Below the pieces are notes generated by a model, which worked only from the letters and a program-made list of their open reading frames with translations, did not search any database and was not told the origin of the DNA. Of a stretch of 64,000 bases of DNA, positions 47,531-64,000 are shown one piece after another (position 1 is the stretch's first letter; each line of letters opens with the position of its first letter). This DNA comes from the human T2T-CHM13v2.0 reference genome, Homo sapiens. The stretch lies in the NCBI RefSeq assembly GCF_009914755.1, contig NC_060925.1; one strand, 5' to 3'. The position numbers were made by a program, and so were the translations under genes.

Positions 47531-48410
47531 TGTGAACATGCTTTACACTATGTAAAACACCTTATTAGTAGATATCACTATTATTAAGAACCTATCAGCC
47601 GGAGAGGAAGAATTGGCCTTTTATCTTTCTAAGATGCACAGTTGTCTTTCTGTTTAATGGTTTTTTAAAAATCCCCCTGTGACAAGCTCCAGAGGACAAG
47701 TAATTTATTTCTTGTGGTGTATGGCTCTCTAAATGAATTAATTGATAGGCATCCCCTTGTCAGTCTCAGGGATGTGGAAATAAAACAGACATGAGATGTT
47801 TTTTACCAAACTAATTTGTGCTTTAAACACATAAATAATAAATATATATATATTAAAGTAAATGTGTATTTACCGTCTCTCCTGCTCCACTTTGAATTCA
47901 AGAACCCGTGTCTTTGTTGGGTCACTGCACTGTCAATTGAGAAGTTTGGTTTTGTTTCTTTGAGTGTTAGTAAGTGGCATTAAATGGTAAATATTGCCGG
48001 GGGAAAGAAAGGAGAAAAACAGCTCTTCCAATCCATCCCTGTTTCCATTCAATTAAAGGAGGGTAGAAAGAATACTTAAGATAATTGTAATAAGTCTAAT
48101 AGAATAGCAGGAGCCACTCTTTTCCTTTCAGTAGGCCATTAGCTCAGAACTATTTTCAGAGTAATACTAAGATGATATTTGCCTTTTCACTGTGTTGGCA
48201 CTTGTATTGATAAGGCAAAAACAGTGGAGTCTTAGCAAAAATTAAGACCATGAAAACAAACTGCACTAGGAATAATTCTCTTCTTCATTACTGTTTACTT
48301 GCAGGGGGAAAAACCATTTTCGTTTAAGAAAGTCCTTGGTGAAGTAGTAAAAATATTAATTTTATTAAATCTCAACCTTGAGTACAAGTCTTGTCGTTGA
48401 CTGTACTTAA

Positions 48411-53070
<4,660 letters not shown>

Positions 53071-53189
53071 TCCTCCAGGATGACTTCATCTTAACTAATT
53101 ATATGACTATGTTGACTGCAACATATGTATGAAGTTTCATATACTCAATTCCTTTACTGCTTCCTTGAGCCTATGAACCCCCTCCTGCA

Positions 53190-54290
53190 TCTCCTAGTCT
53201 TCACTGAACATTATGTCAATTCTCAGCCTCAGCTCTAAATGCTCATGGTTTCCAAAAACATATTTACAACCCACCATAGGTCCTGAGCACCAAAGCCTGA
53301 TGTCCAGTTGCCCAGTGGACAGACATCTCCACTGGGACATCTCATAAGCACTAAAAATCTCAATGTACTGAAACCTGAATTTATATTTCTCTCCCCAAAT
53401 GTGCTCCATTTCCATCTTCCCTTTCTCAACATCCATCCAGTGGAAATGTTGCTCAAACCCAAGTCCAGAGCCACCCTTGGCACGCTCATCTTCCTGAGCC
53501 CCCCACTTCCATCGGCCACCCAGGTGCTTGTCAGTTTGCCCACTTTCTCCCTCTCCACAGCCCTTTTCCTAGTTCAGACCTTCTGTCTCCCTTGTTGGGA
53601 TCATGTCAACCTCTTCCTCACTCGCCTCTGGCTCTGGGCTTGTGCCTTCAACCGACTCTTCAAACCGTAGCAAGAGGGATGCCTCGAATCACAGATCAGA
53701 TCCCTCTCTCCTTAAAGCCCTGCAGCAGCTTCCTGTGGCTCTCAGGATAGAATTCAAACACTTCCAGGATCTGGACATCTCCTGCCCCTCCACAGCCCTG
53801 CCTCGCCCTGCATTCCAGCCCCACCAAACCACAGTCAGTCCCTTCCATGGTTTTGGATCTCTTGTCTGGGAACTTTGCACCTGCTGTTCTCTCTGCTTAA
53901 ACTCTCGCTTTCACCCATGCGACCTGGTTCACTCCTCATTCTCCTGCATGTCTCAGCTTGGAAGTCACCTCTTCCAGAAAGCCTTCCCTGACCCTCAGGT
54001 CCAGGTTAGATCCCCCACCTGGATTCCCACAGCACCGTGTTTTTCCCCTACCACAACCCTAGTCATGCCCTTTAGCGAACAGCCAACAGTTACTAAGCAC
54101 CTGCTGTGTTAGGCTGTTTCTTAGGACTTTATAAGAAAGATCACATTTAATCCTACGAAGTAGGTACTGCTATTATCCTATTTTTTAGATGAACAAACTG
54201 AGGCAAGAGCAGTCACACACACATAGAGTCAGTAAGTGGTAAAGTTGGGATAGAAACCAAGACAATCTGACTCATGGATGTTACACCGTG
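53190..54290 (-). mobile_element. L2 3' region (~53190-54070) followed by MIR (~54090-54290)
   Basis: GACATCTCCACTGGGACATCTCATAAGCAC and CACCTCTTCCAGAAAGCCTTCCCTGACC (L2); TATTATCCTATTTTTTAGATGAACAAACTGAGGC (MIR). Confidence 0.8.
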
Positions 54291-56639
54291 TGTTAGAACT
54301 AGCCTTGAAAAAAAGACACAAGCTTGTGCCCTGTGCCAAGAAAGTTTCTGATAATGGTGGCGGTGGTGGTGGTGGTGGGATTTAATCAGTTGGCAGAAGT
54401 CTGTATTTCTAACAATCTCTGATTCAAATGGGCAGGACCCATGTCCATTTCTCTTTATTGCAATTGTATTATGTTTCTTACCTTCACTCTGCAACAAGCT
54501 TGGTGAAGACAGAGAACATGTATCTGAGGCCCTTCATCTCCCCTCAGTTCCTAGACCAGCACTAGCCCATAGTCAACCCTCCATCAAAGTAGAGGGAGAA
54601 AGTAAGTGGCTTTTACCCTGTGCTTTCTGAACTCCTGGGATGCTAGGAAGAGCCAGAAAACCTTGTCCACCGAACCCACAAATTCACTCTCTTCATCCCT
54701 TCCTCACTCCACTTCCTTCCCAGTAGTTGTTGGAGTTTTTGAATTTTCCCTCTGTGAGCCCTTGCCCTCCCCTGCCATGTTCTCAGCAAAGGCCCTGGCC
54801 TCCAGGTCCATGAGAACAGGATTCCCTGTAGTAAGAGCTCTTCCCTAGCCTCCTCCACTTCCAAAGGGGCTGGAATCTTCACCCCTTGATCCCTTCCCTT
54901 TTTAGAGCACAGAGGAAGCGGAGCCCTCCTCCTGCCCTGGGCTCCCATGCCCCACATGTTCCTGGAGAGCACCCTTGGGCCACTGTTGTAACTACATGGT
55001 GACTTGCTTGCTCTCATCCTTCATGACCCCCCCTCCTCCCATGCCCCACTTTGTTAATTTCACTCTCCTCTCAAAACTCCCCACAGTGCCAGTGATGGGG
55101 TATAAATGCAGCTGGGCAACGAGGCTCCCACAGACAGACCCAAACCTATCTTCCAAGTGTTAATTTCTTTTCTCTCCTCTTCTTCAAATAGGTCTCTTCC
55201 TTACACATTTCTGCCATTCCTTTCTCTCTCTGCCTTGCCTCTCCCTTTTCTCCCGGCCACAGCCTTATCCAACCTCCCAGCCCAGCTTGGACTCAGCTTT
55301 CCTAGGAGGCTCCCAGACAATCCAGTGGGCTCTCATTTTTTTGAGTGTATTCAGCAGTTGGCTGATGCTGCATCTCCAGCACTTGCCCTAGGTTGTTTTA
55401 TCTCCCTAATGGCCTGTAAACCCCTTGAGGGCAGGATCTGGCCTTTGTACTCTAAAAAGGTCTTCCTACTAGAGAATGCTCCACACATGTGTGATGCTTC
55501 GGGGAGTCCCAACCTTCATCAGAGATTCCCACTGGTGCCAGCTCATAGCTCATCATGACGTGTCCCAGATGGTGACTGGGAGTAGCCTATGCCAAGCAGG
55601 AGTTTTTCCCCGAAGTCTTCCTGTTTATTGCACCGGGCTGGCTGCAAGACATTGAGGATGCTGCCCCAGGGGCCAGCAGGGTGACTGGGGCAGGCGCCAT
55701 GATGGCTGTGCCTGGGTGCTGGCCAGTGTGGCCCCAAGAAGAGGCCGGGAGCCAGAGCTGCATGCCCTCTGTCAGCACCAGCCTCCTAAAAACACTCTCG
55801 ACTTTCTCCAAGCATGGATTGCCTGAGCTCCCCTCCTGCTCCCCAAAGAGGCCGGGGAACAAGTCAGACAGGGGATAAGTCAGACAGGCTCAGCTGTGGG
55901 AGGCTGGAGGAAAAAGACCAATAAAACTGACTTTATTTGTAATGTTCCCATGTTTGTGATTTTGTTATTTCTACTCTGTTTCCTCAGAGCAATGAAACAA
56001 GGAAACGGAACAAAAAATAACAAAACCCAGCTCTAAGTATACGTGAACTGTAAGGCCTCCCTCTGGCCTCCTCTCTTCCTCCTTCCTCACCAGGTTTGCC
56101 TGGCTGACCCTTCCAGCCAGTGAATTCCTTTCCCAGGTTGAGTGTTTTCCATTTTAATTTTTATGGCATTTCCCTGGATTAATGGTTAACGCATTCATTT
56201 TCTCCCCTCCACCCTCCATCATCAAAGAGTGCTTTGAATAACCATTAACTCTCTGGTTAAGCGAAAGAAACACGTTAATCATCTACAAGTCCTGGGGCAG
56301 GAAAATTATTCTTGGTAACCTTCTCCCAATGGCAAGAAAACCACTGTCCCTGAGCAGCTCAACTTCAGCCACACCTGGGTCTACAAGCTTGCAAAACCCC
56401 TCCGGTAACCTTGTTACAAGGACTTGGTAAACTGAGGTCATAAACTGCTGAATGGCTAAGCGCTGTGCTTTTCAACCCAGCCACCACCGGTTCTCTAGGA
56501 CCCTATAAAGAGACAAGGCTGGGCTGCTGCTTCTCCCTTTATTTTTAAAAATTGTTTTGCCAGTAAAGTCTCATCTATTGTACATTCCTTGTTACGGGGA
56601 AACTCAAGTGGCTGTACAGGCTGTTCTTGGAGCCACAGT

Positions 56640-57620
56640 TAAAAGCGCTTTGACTCAAACACACATGTGGCGTCATCCTGAGCTCCGTTTGCGTGGGGCC
56701 GGAACACCGGACTAGGAAACCTCTCCCTGCTTTAGCAACTGAGTGTGGCTAGATTGAGGGACCACAGGGGGTGGCTCTGGATGCAGCAATCCAAGTCCCC
56801 TTTTCAGGGAGGGTGACCTCTTTCCGAAGTTCAGTGGATGGCCCCCTTCCAGGGTTAGGGAGACAGGAGGAGGAGGAAGAAGAAAAGGAGGAGGAAAGCT
56901 CTCAACAGCCCCCCACCCCCAACCCATCCAGGAGAGAAGGACTGCAGTCCCCGAGACCAGCTGGAGGAGTGGCGTGTGCATGGTGTGCCCTCAGGGTAGA
57001 GCGCGCCATCTTGGAGAGATGCCTCTTTCATTCACAAAGCGGATCTGTTGCAGAGCCCAGAGCCCCGGGGAGAGCAGGGCGGCGTCCAAGTGCTTGCTGG
57101 GTTTGGCTTGCACTCCCTCTCCCTTAAAGAAGACAGAGGCGGAAGGGAGAGGCTGTTCTTCGGAGGCGAGCCTCAGGCACTGCTAGACTTAGTAGGAAAG
57201 ATATTGCTGGGGTCTTGGCAAGCCGTAGGTGCAGCGCTCCCCATCGTCATTCCGGTGCGGCTGGTTACTGTCACCCTGCCTCCTCCCCGCCGGCCTGAGA
57301 GCCTCTCTGTTCCAGATCCAAACATTTCCACATTAGGCAGCCTGCATGTGCATTTCCCTGGCAGTGGAGGGAAAGGCACCCCTGTGACCTGGGATGACCG
57401 ACGACGGGGACTTGCCCTCCTCCCCCACAGGTGCACTTGCTCTTTTCTGGGCCAGCCTTGTGATCTGGTGTCCGGGCACTTGGCAGCATTTAGCAAATGT
57501 TCCTCAGTGCTCTGTTTGGTAGTTAATGCTGTTGACACGGACACCTTTGGGAGCACGTGGGAGAAGCTGCTGCCTCCGTTTCCCCCGGGTTACAGCGCCT
57601 GGCGCAGTCTGTTGTCCCCT
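56640..57620. promoter_or_regulatory. Candidate promoter/enhancer patch
   Basis: Non-repetitive and moderately CpG-rich, with AP-1 TGACTCA (56651-56657), E-box CACATG (56662-56667), CRE-like TGGCGTCA (56668-56675) and YY1-like CGCCATCTTG (57004-57013). Motif-level evidence only. Confidence 0.4.
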
Positions 57621-58667
57621 CAGAAGTGGTGGGCGACATTATCTCCTTTTTCATCCCTAGCCCTCTCCCTTGAAGCTGTCCTGATCTCTCTTTTGGACCC
57701 AGGAACGTGAGCAGAGGTTACTACTCACTATATATACACACTGCATCTAGACTCATGCATGCCTTCTTGGTGTCAAGGACACCTCACATTTCAAAGACTT
57801 CATGAAAAAGAACGTGAGGTATCTCACACGGTGACATGATAAAGCTTTGGACAACGTGGGTTAAGCTAAAAACAGGTCATTACAATTAATTGTATCTCTG
57901 TCTTTTGACCCTTCAGTGGCTCCTGAAATCCATCACACATGTGGCTTGCAAGTATTTTGGTCGGACAACGCTGCCGTAGATTGTCCCACTCTGAAATGGT
58001 TCCCTCTGGGCTTACGGGACTGCTATAGAAGGGTCCTAAGGTCCTGTGCCTCCCTGCTTTTCAAGTGGCTGCAAACTTCTGTGCCTACCGCTTCCTCCAC
58101 TGGATGTTTCCTTCCTGCCCTCCTCCCTGAGGACCTCCTAGTCCCTCTTCAGGATGCAGAGCTGGAGCCTCCACTCCAGGAAAGCCACTCATGTTGTTGC
58201 CAACACAACCCCCTGCACACATGCAGTATTAGGCATTGGTCTGCCTGGCTGTCCCTGGGCTGTGCTGTCCTTGAGGGCAGTTTTTGTGTCTAATTCCCAG
58301 AGAGTGCAAGAACACAAGCATGCTCATCCAGACGTTAGTAAGCTGCCCTAAGGGGTGGAGCAGTCAGATTCCGGTTTTATTTATTTTTCCCCTGCAAGGA
58401 GCAATCAATTATTAACCGAAGTCACGATACTTTGGTTGCTGTTATCAGCACATGAAAATATCAGTCAAGGCTGGGTTTCAGACCCGCCTGGCACTATTCA
58501 AAGGAAATTTTTTAGTAATTCTTATTTTATTAAGAGCACTAGTATATTCAGATCAAGTAAAACTTCACATATAACAGGTTCACTCTTCTATATGAAATGT
58601 TTGTGGGAAATCTATCATGCATCAGGTGCTCTCAAAAGGTGGTGAGGTGTAAATGTCAGCCTCAAAG

Positions 58668-58957
58668 GCTGCAGTGTCCAACATGGCACACAGCTTGTGT
58701 GGCTCTTAGCACCTGAAGCATGCCTCGTCCACAGTGAGATGTGCCGAAAATGTAATATACATCCAGATTTTGAAGACTTGGTAAAATATCTCACCAGCAA
58801 TTTTTTATATTGATTACATGAGGAAGTGATAATGTTTTGGGTTGGTTAAGTTAAACGTATTATTAAAATTCATCTCACCTGTTTCTTTTTAACAGTGGCT
58901 TCTAGAGAATTTTAAATAACATGTAGTTCACATTATATTTCTATGAGACAGTGCTGC
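58668..58957. mobile_element. MER33/MER3-type hAT-Charlie DNA transposon
   Basis: TGAGATGTGC...ATTTTGAAGACTTGGTA...TATATTGATTACATG...TATTATTAAAATT...CACCTGTTTCTTTTT...CACATTATATTTCTAT..GACAGTGCTG. Confidence 0.8.
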
Positions 58958-61900
58958 TCTAAGGCGATTATGCTTTGTTTGTTTTGAGACACTCACAGGT
59001 GTATGTGAGCATTTCAACCGGGTTTATAACAGCTTAGGAAACTGGGAACTTTGACTTGGAACTTTCCCGCCAAGTGACAAAACATCCGTCCAGTGATAGA
59101 AGTTTTAATTCTACTTCCTCCAGCTAGATCTTGCCTGGAGGACCCACGTTGACTTACTCTCTCCAGAAACGGCCCCACTGGCTCTCTGGGGGAACTCCTG
59201 GGTTCTGCAGGGACTTGCTAGGTAGTAATTACAGGTGTGTAGAGACCCTCCTGCTTCATACGCTCAGTCATCATTATTTACTTTTACCAGGCACCAGGGG
59301 CGTGATGAGAGCTTAGCTGAAAGGAGAGAAGACTCAGCAAGCACATCACCTTGAAGCTGACCTGTCAGCCAGATTTCGCAGCACCTGCCTGTTCCAGCCT
59401 GAGGGGCTGCGATTCATTCCTTGGGAAAGAGAGCTGCAAATTCCCTCTCTAGGCCACAGTCCAAATCCTTGCTCTTCTCTCTCAGGTTCTGGAAGACAGA
59501 ATGGAGGCATCTACAGAGCAAGGACATGTTTTCTACCTGAATTAGCTTTTCTGACACCTTCAAACCATCTCTAAGAAATTGATTTTTTAACATACACATA
59601 TACAGGTAAACATTTAAATCTGTGCCATAATGTATTTGCACTTCGAGTCCCCCTGAAGTCCTAAGTCACATGCTTCTCTTCCTAGGGGTTCTGTCTGAAG
59701 CAGAGACCCCTGGATTGGAGCAGTGGGAAGAATCCTGATGAATCAGGTGTTCCTGCCTGTTTACATTAACTGGGCACCCTGCCTGCCCACCCCACATGCT
59801 GAATACTGCTGGGGAGAAGAGAAGAAACATTTATTAAAGGCAAGGAAAAATTAGAGCCTTTTCATTGAGGTCAGAAGATTTTTGAGGTTGGATCGGCTGG
59901 CCAGGTGCATGACCAATTTTCTTGGCTCCTTAGAAGCAGCAAAGTATTTGAAAAATAATGGAGCCCTTCGTCCTACAAGTAAAAGCCCATTTATATTGGG
60001 AATTTTTTAAAAAGTGCTGGCGATGGAAAATTTCCGATGAGATGCATTTCTTCCTGCCTGAATGTCTTGAATGCCTGCTGGATTTGTCTCCCTGCTAAGA
60101 CACTCACACTTGCAAATCTGTGCTTTTCAAGGTGGGGAGATGAAAATAAAAAGTCTGTGAGATGTATTTCTGGGAGGCCTGAAAACAGGAAGCAAATTGG
60201 AACCACAGCATGTGGGGCACGGATGCTGGATTCTGGGGGATATTTGCTTATTTGGAAAGGCTGCAAACATTCCATCCTACCCACTGCTAGGAGCTCTGCA
60301 CTTTGCTAACGTCCCATGGAAACCAAGGTTCTCTTTAGGACTCGACAGGACTGGGTTATTTTTCTCAGCTTAAATTGTTTTTATATGGTTATCCTCAGTA
60401 CTCTTTTCTGTTTTGGGATATTTTCATACTTTTTATTTTTTAAAAACCCCAGAATATCTTGATTTTGAAAAGGTACATTCACCCAAATAAAGTGCCCAGC
60501 GCATAGACAAGGCTGCCTCAATATTTCACGTGTCAACAGCCAATGCCCCCGGTACGTGCAGAAAAGCCTGAGAACAAGGAAGGAAGAAAAGGGTCTGGTC
60601 CTTGCTCTGCGGGTATTTAAGCATTTCTCAGCCCCCTCCTCTGACTTCTCAACTATGTTCACCTATATGGCCTCAAATGGAGAGAACTGGGGTTATAAAA
60701 GAGGATATTAGCTATGCCTGCTATAGAATGAGGAAGGCATTTCAGGATGTGCTTGGGGAGGAGATGGAATGAATGGCAAAGGGGATGTTTGTCCGTGAGG
60801 GTGGTCTGTGATCTGTGGGTGGGGGATGTCTGTGCAGCTCCCTTCATGGCCTCTCATGGCCCACACAGTAGGCAGTGTTTGCCACACACAGACCCTGGAC
60901 AAAGTCACAGAGTGGTGTTGGTACCATTTCATAGGAGGGGTCCTAGGGGACATTCTAGGAAGTTCTTCATCAGCTTAGGAAGGTGCAGCCTCTGCAGTCA
61001 TTAAACACAGTCTACCAGCCAGAGAAGCCCAAAAGCTGCTGCTCCTGCTGTTCTGCGTGGTGTGGGAAACTACGGCATTGGCACAACTTTGGGAGCTCTC
61101 TTTGATCTCTTGTTTGTCTGCATTTCCCATACTCTTCCAGTCACCAAGTGTCATCATTCTTCCCCAGGTTGTCTCTGTCTCCCTTCCTTTTCTGTCCCCA
61201 TGACTCTTACCTGTATCCAAAACTATGGCGTTTAAGGTGAAAGAGCCAGTCTGTAGGAGCTGCTTCGAGGAAAGTCTTGCAAGACTGCCTTCTTGAACTT
61301 GGTGCTCAAACTCCCCTCTGGCTTCACAACCTGCATAGTTGCCTGGGTCAGAAACAGGTTCCTCAGGCAACTTGGTGTTGCATTAACCAAGTGACACTGA
61401 TTGTCACTTGGAAGACACTCAGTGACTGACTATTAGAGATCATCTGCCTCTCATTTTGGGGATGTGAAGGTTGAGACTCAGAGAGGTCAGGCAACATGTC
61501 TGAGGTCATTGAGCCAACTAGCAGCAGCCCCAGAGTTGTCACCCAGATTTCCCGACTCCCCATTCATTCCAGAAAACCTACCCATGGGGAATGTTCTGCC
61601 AGGCTGTTCTACATCACCAGTAGAGAGAAGTTGCCTTGAGTATTCGGTTTGGTTTTGAAGTTAACCTATTCAGACACACTTGAGCATGCAGTGAGTCACT
61701 GACTGGATTCATTCCCAGACCTATGGACTCAGCACATCAGCTCACCAAGCCTCCTGCATACTCTGCTTCTACGCTGGACAACTGTGCATTTTGAGAAGCT
61801 GGAGGAAATTGTTTGGCATACTGTTCTAGGCCAGCAGTCATGCGATACTGAGCTAGGCCTGGCTCCTATAGGCTGGTGAAAGCCAAGTGTTAACAGTTCA

Positions 61901-62339
61901 GGATTTTTTTGAGTTGGTTAACTATTGATAGCTTCAAAGTCGCCATGGCAGGGGTATTTATACCATAGAAATTGGTACATGTTACAAATTAGGGTTTCAT
62001 TTTTCACCATCCAGAGATCTGATTTACTAACTCACTACTGATTCTGAGGTAGGACCCCAGCTTAGGAAGGCACTTTCAGGCAAGACTGTTCTGCGGTAAT
62101 TAGAAAATGGAGAGTGGCCCTGTCAGATGCAAAGGAGAATATCAAATTTGGAAAAAAGTACTGCCTATTGCACAAGAGGTAAGAGTCACTGAGACATCTT
62201 GCACCAGACCCAAGTGAGGGATGGAAGGGGCCCTGATGGTCATCTTGGGACAGCTTCTTAGGGTCACCCAGGAGCCCAGGAGCCAGGTATGCCACTCTGT
62301 GGTGGGACAGAAACCCCTGTAAAGAGCAAGCAGACACTC

Positions 62340-62699
62340 AGTCACCCAGGACCCTCCCCAACACTCCCATTCCCTGCAATCTATCAGCGCATCCTATCAA
62401 TCCCGTCTGGAGTAGATATCTGATCATGCCTTCTCTCCCTTGTGACCGCCATCACCCAAGTCCAGGTTCCTGCTACATCCTTCCTAAAAGGCCTTCCCCT
62501 GCAAGCTTGCCTACCTCACATCGACTTTCCCCACATAGCTGCAAAAGTGGACGTCTGAGAAGAAGGGGGAGGAAGAGGAGAAGAAGGAAGAGATGAAGAA
62601 GGCGAAGATGAAGAAAAAGAAGAAGAGGAGGAAGAAGAAGAAGGAGGAAGAGGGGGAAAAGAGGAGGAGATGATGTTATGTCATCCCTTCACCCTTCCC

Positions 62700-62739
<40 letters not shown>

Positions 62740-63290
62740 ACAGACACACACACACACACACACCACGAAAACCCTTCAAGAGCTTCCCATTGTACTTAGA
62801 ATAAAATCCACGCTTGAGTAAAGCTCTGCATGATTTGGCCCCTGCAAACCTCTCCAGCCTCCTCTTGCTTGGGAGCCTCTGTGCTCACAACTCTCCTGTC
62901 ACCCTGGTCTTCTTCCAGGTCCTTGAATGCCGGCTAAGCTCTTTGCTGCCCCAGGACCTTCGCACCTGGTCTTCTACTGGCAGGAATACTGTTTCCTGAG
63001 TCTTCCCCTGACTGGCTCCTTCATTTCCTTTAGGTCTCAGCTTGAGTGTAACCTCACAGGGCCATTTCCTGCTCACCTGGTGAAAAGTCAGGCCTCGTCT
63101 GTTCTCTGTTTTAGCTCCTAAGTTTCTTTATGACAATTATTTCAGCCCACAGTTCTTTTATTTACTTGTCTGCTTACATTTTGTTTTAATCTTTTCTTTA
63201 CTTCCCCCCACTTCAACAGATGCTCCATGGAGAAATGGGTTAACCACTGCATTGCCAGAGCCTGGCATATAGGGGTGCTCAAATAAAGAC
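62340..63290 (-). mobile_element. L2 fragments interrupted by simple repeats
   Basis: CTTCCCATTGTACTTAGAATAAAATCCA, TTTAGGTCTCAGCTT, and GCCTGGCATATAG.GGTGCTCAAATAAA (L2 3' end). Confidence 0.7.
62557..62762. repeat. GA-rich (GAA/GAG) low-complexity tract (~62557-62670) and (CA)n microsatellite (~62703-62762)
   Basis: Visible simple repeats. Confidence 0.92.
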
Positions 63291-63300
63291 TTGATGAGTG

Positions 63301-63609
<309 letters not shown>

Positions 63610-64000
63610 TCATTCTACTGCCACCACCTATGGGAAGACAGGTCAGGAATGTTGAAATGAAAGAAGTGCTTGGCTTCCTCTGAGCCCCAGCTGGACACAG
63701 GCATCTGTGATGCATCCAGATTCAGGCTGCTCATGGACTCTGAGGACTCAACGCTCCCGGAGGGCTAGCAGGGAGCTTTGCACACATACAACCAGTTCTC
63801 ACCAAGCAACTGGGGATTAATAGTGCAAGGGGTTAAATGGGTTCAAACTGTTCCTCTTAAGCTCCCCAAGATGGTGAACCGCACTTCAAAGCTGCTTGAA
63901 AATTCTTACTTGGTGAGCATGCTGTTCTGTGTCCCTTTTGGGCAGAGGATTGGGAAGGCAGCCACCAAGGCCGCCTGCCGAGTGAACAGGGGGAGGGGGC

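Overview
Primate DNA (human or great-ape-like) that I recognise as the chromosome 1p36.13-type segmental-duplication mosaic. No intact, well-established protein-coding gene is present. From 5' to 3': (1) a GC-rich block with one intact ankyrin-repeat exon of an espin copy (ESPNP-like, minus strand, exon 1 not seen); (2) a ~30 kb tRNA/U1 cluster with tRNA-Gly(CCC), tRNA-Glu(TTC) and tRNA-Asn(GTT) variants, decayed Val(CAC) and two His(GTG) pseudogenes, a FAM231-family ORF, one canonical U1 snRNA gene with DSE/PSE/3' box, one degenerate U1 copy, and a third U1 relic split by an LTR; (3) a four-exon rootletin (CROCC) pseudogene fragment on the plus strand; (4) an AT-rich block of unidentified origin; (5) an 18-exon unprocessed MST1 (macrophage-stimulating protein/HGFL) pseudogene on the minus strand (MST1L/MST1P-like), whose breakpoints fall in codon 2 and about 40 nt past the stop codon; (6) an L2/MIR-rich block with a promoter/enhancer-like patch. 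Alu, L1, L2, MIR, LTR, ERV-pol and DNA-transposon relics are abundant. I found no convincing new biological system. The most interesting signals are evolutionary and regulatory: the LTR-split U1 paralog, an old inverted tRNA-His duplicon, the precise MST1 breakpoints with a possibly captured poly(A) signal, and possible chimeric transcription. Gene and repeat identities come from recall of consensus sequences, not from database searches.
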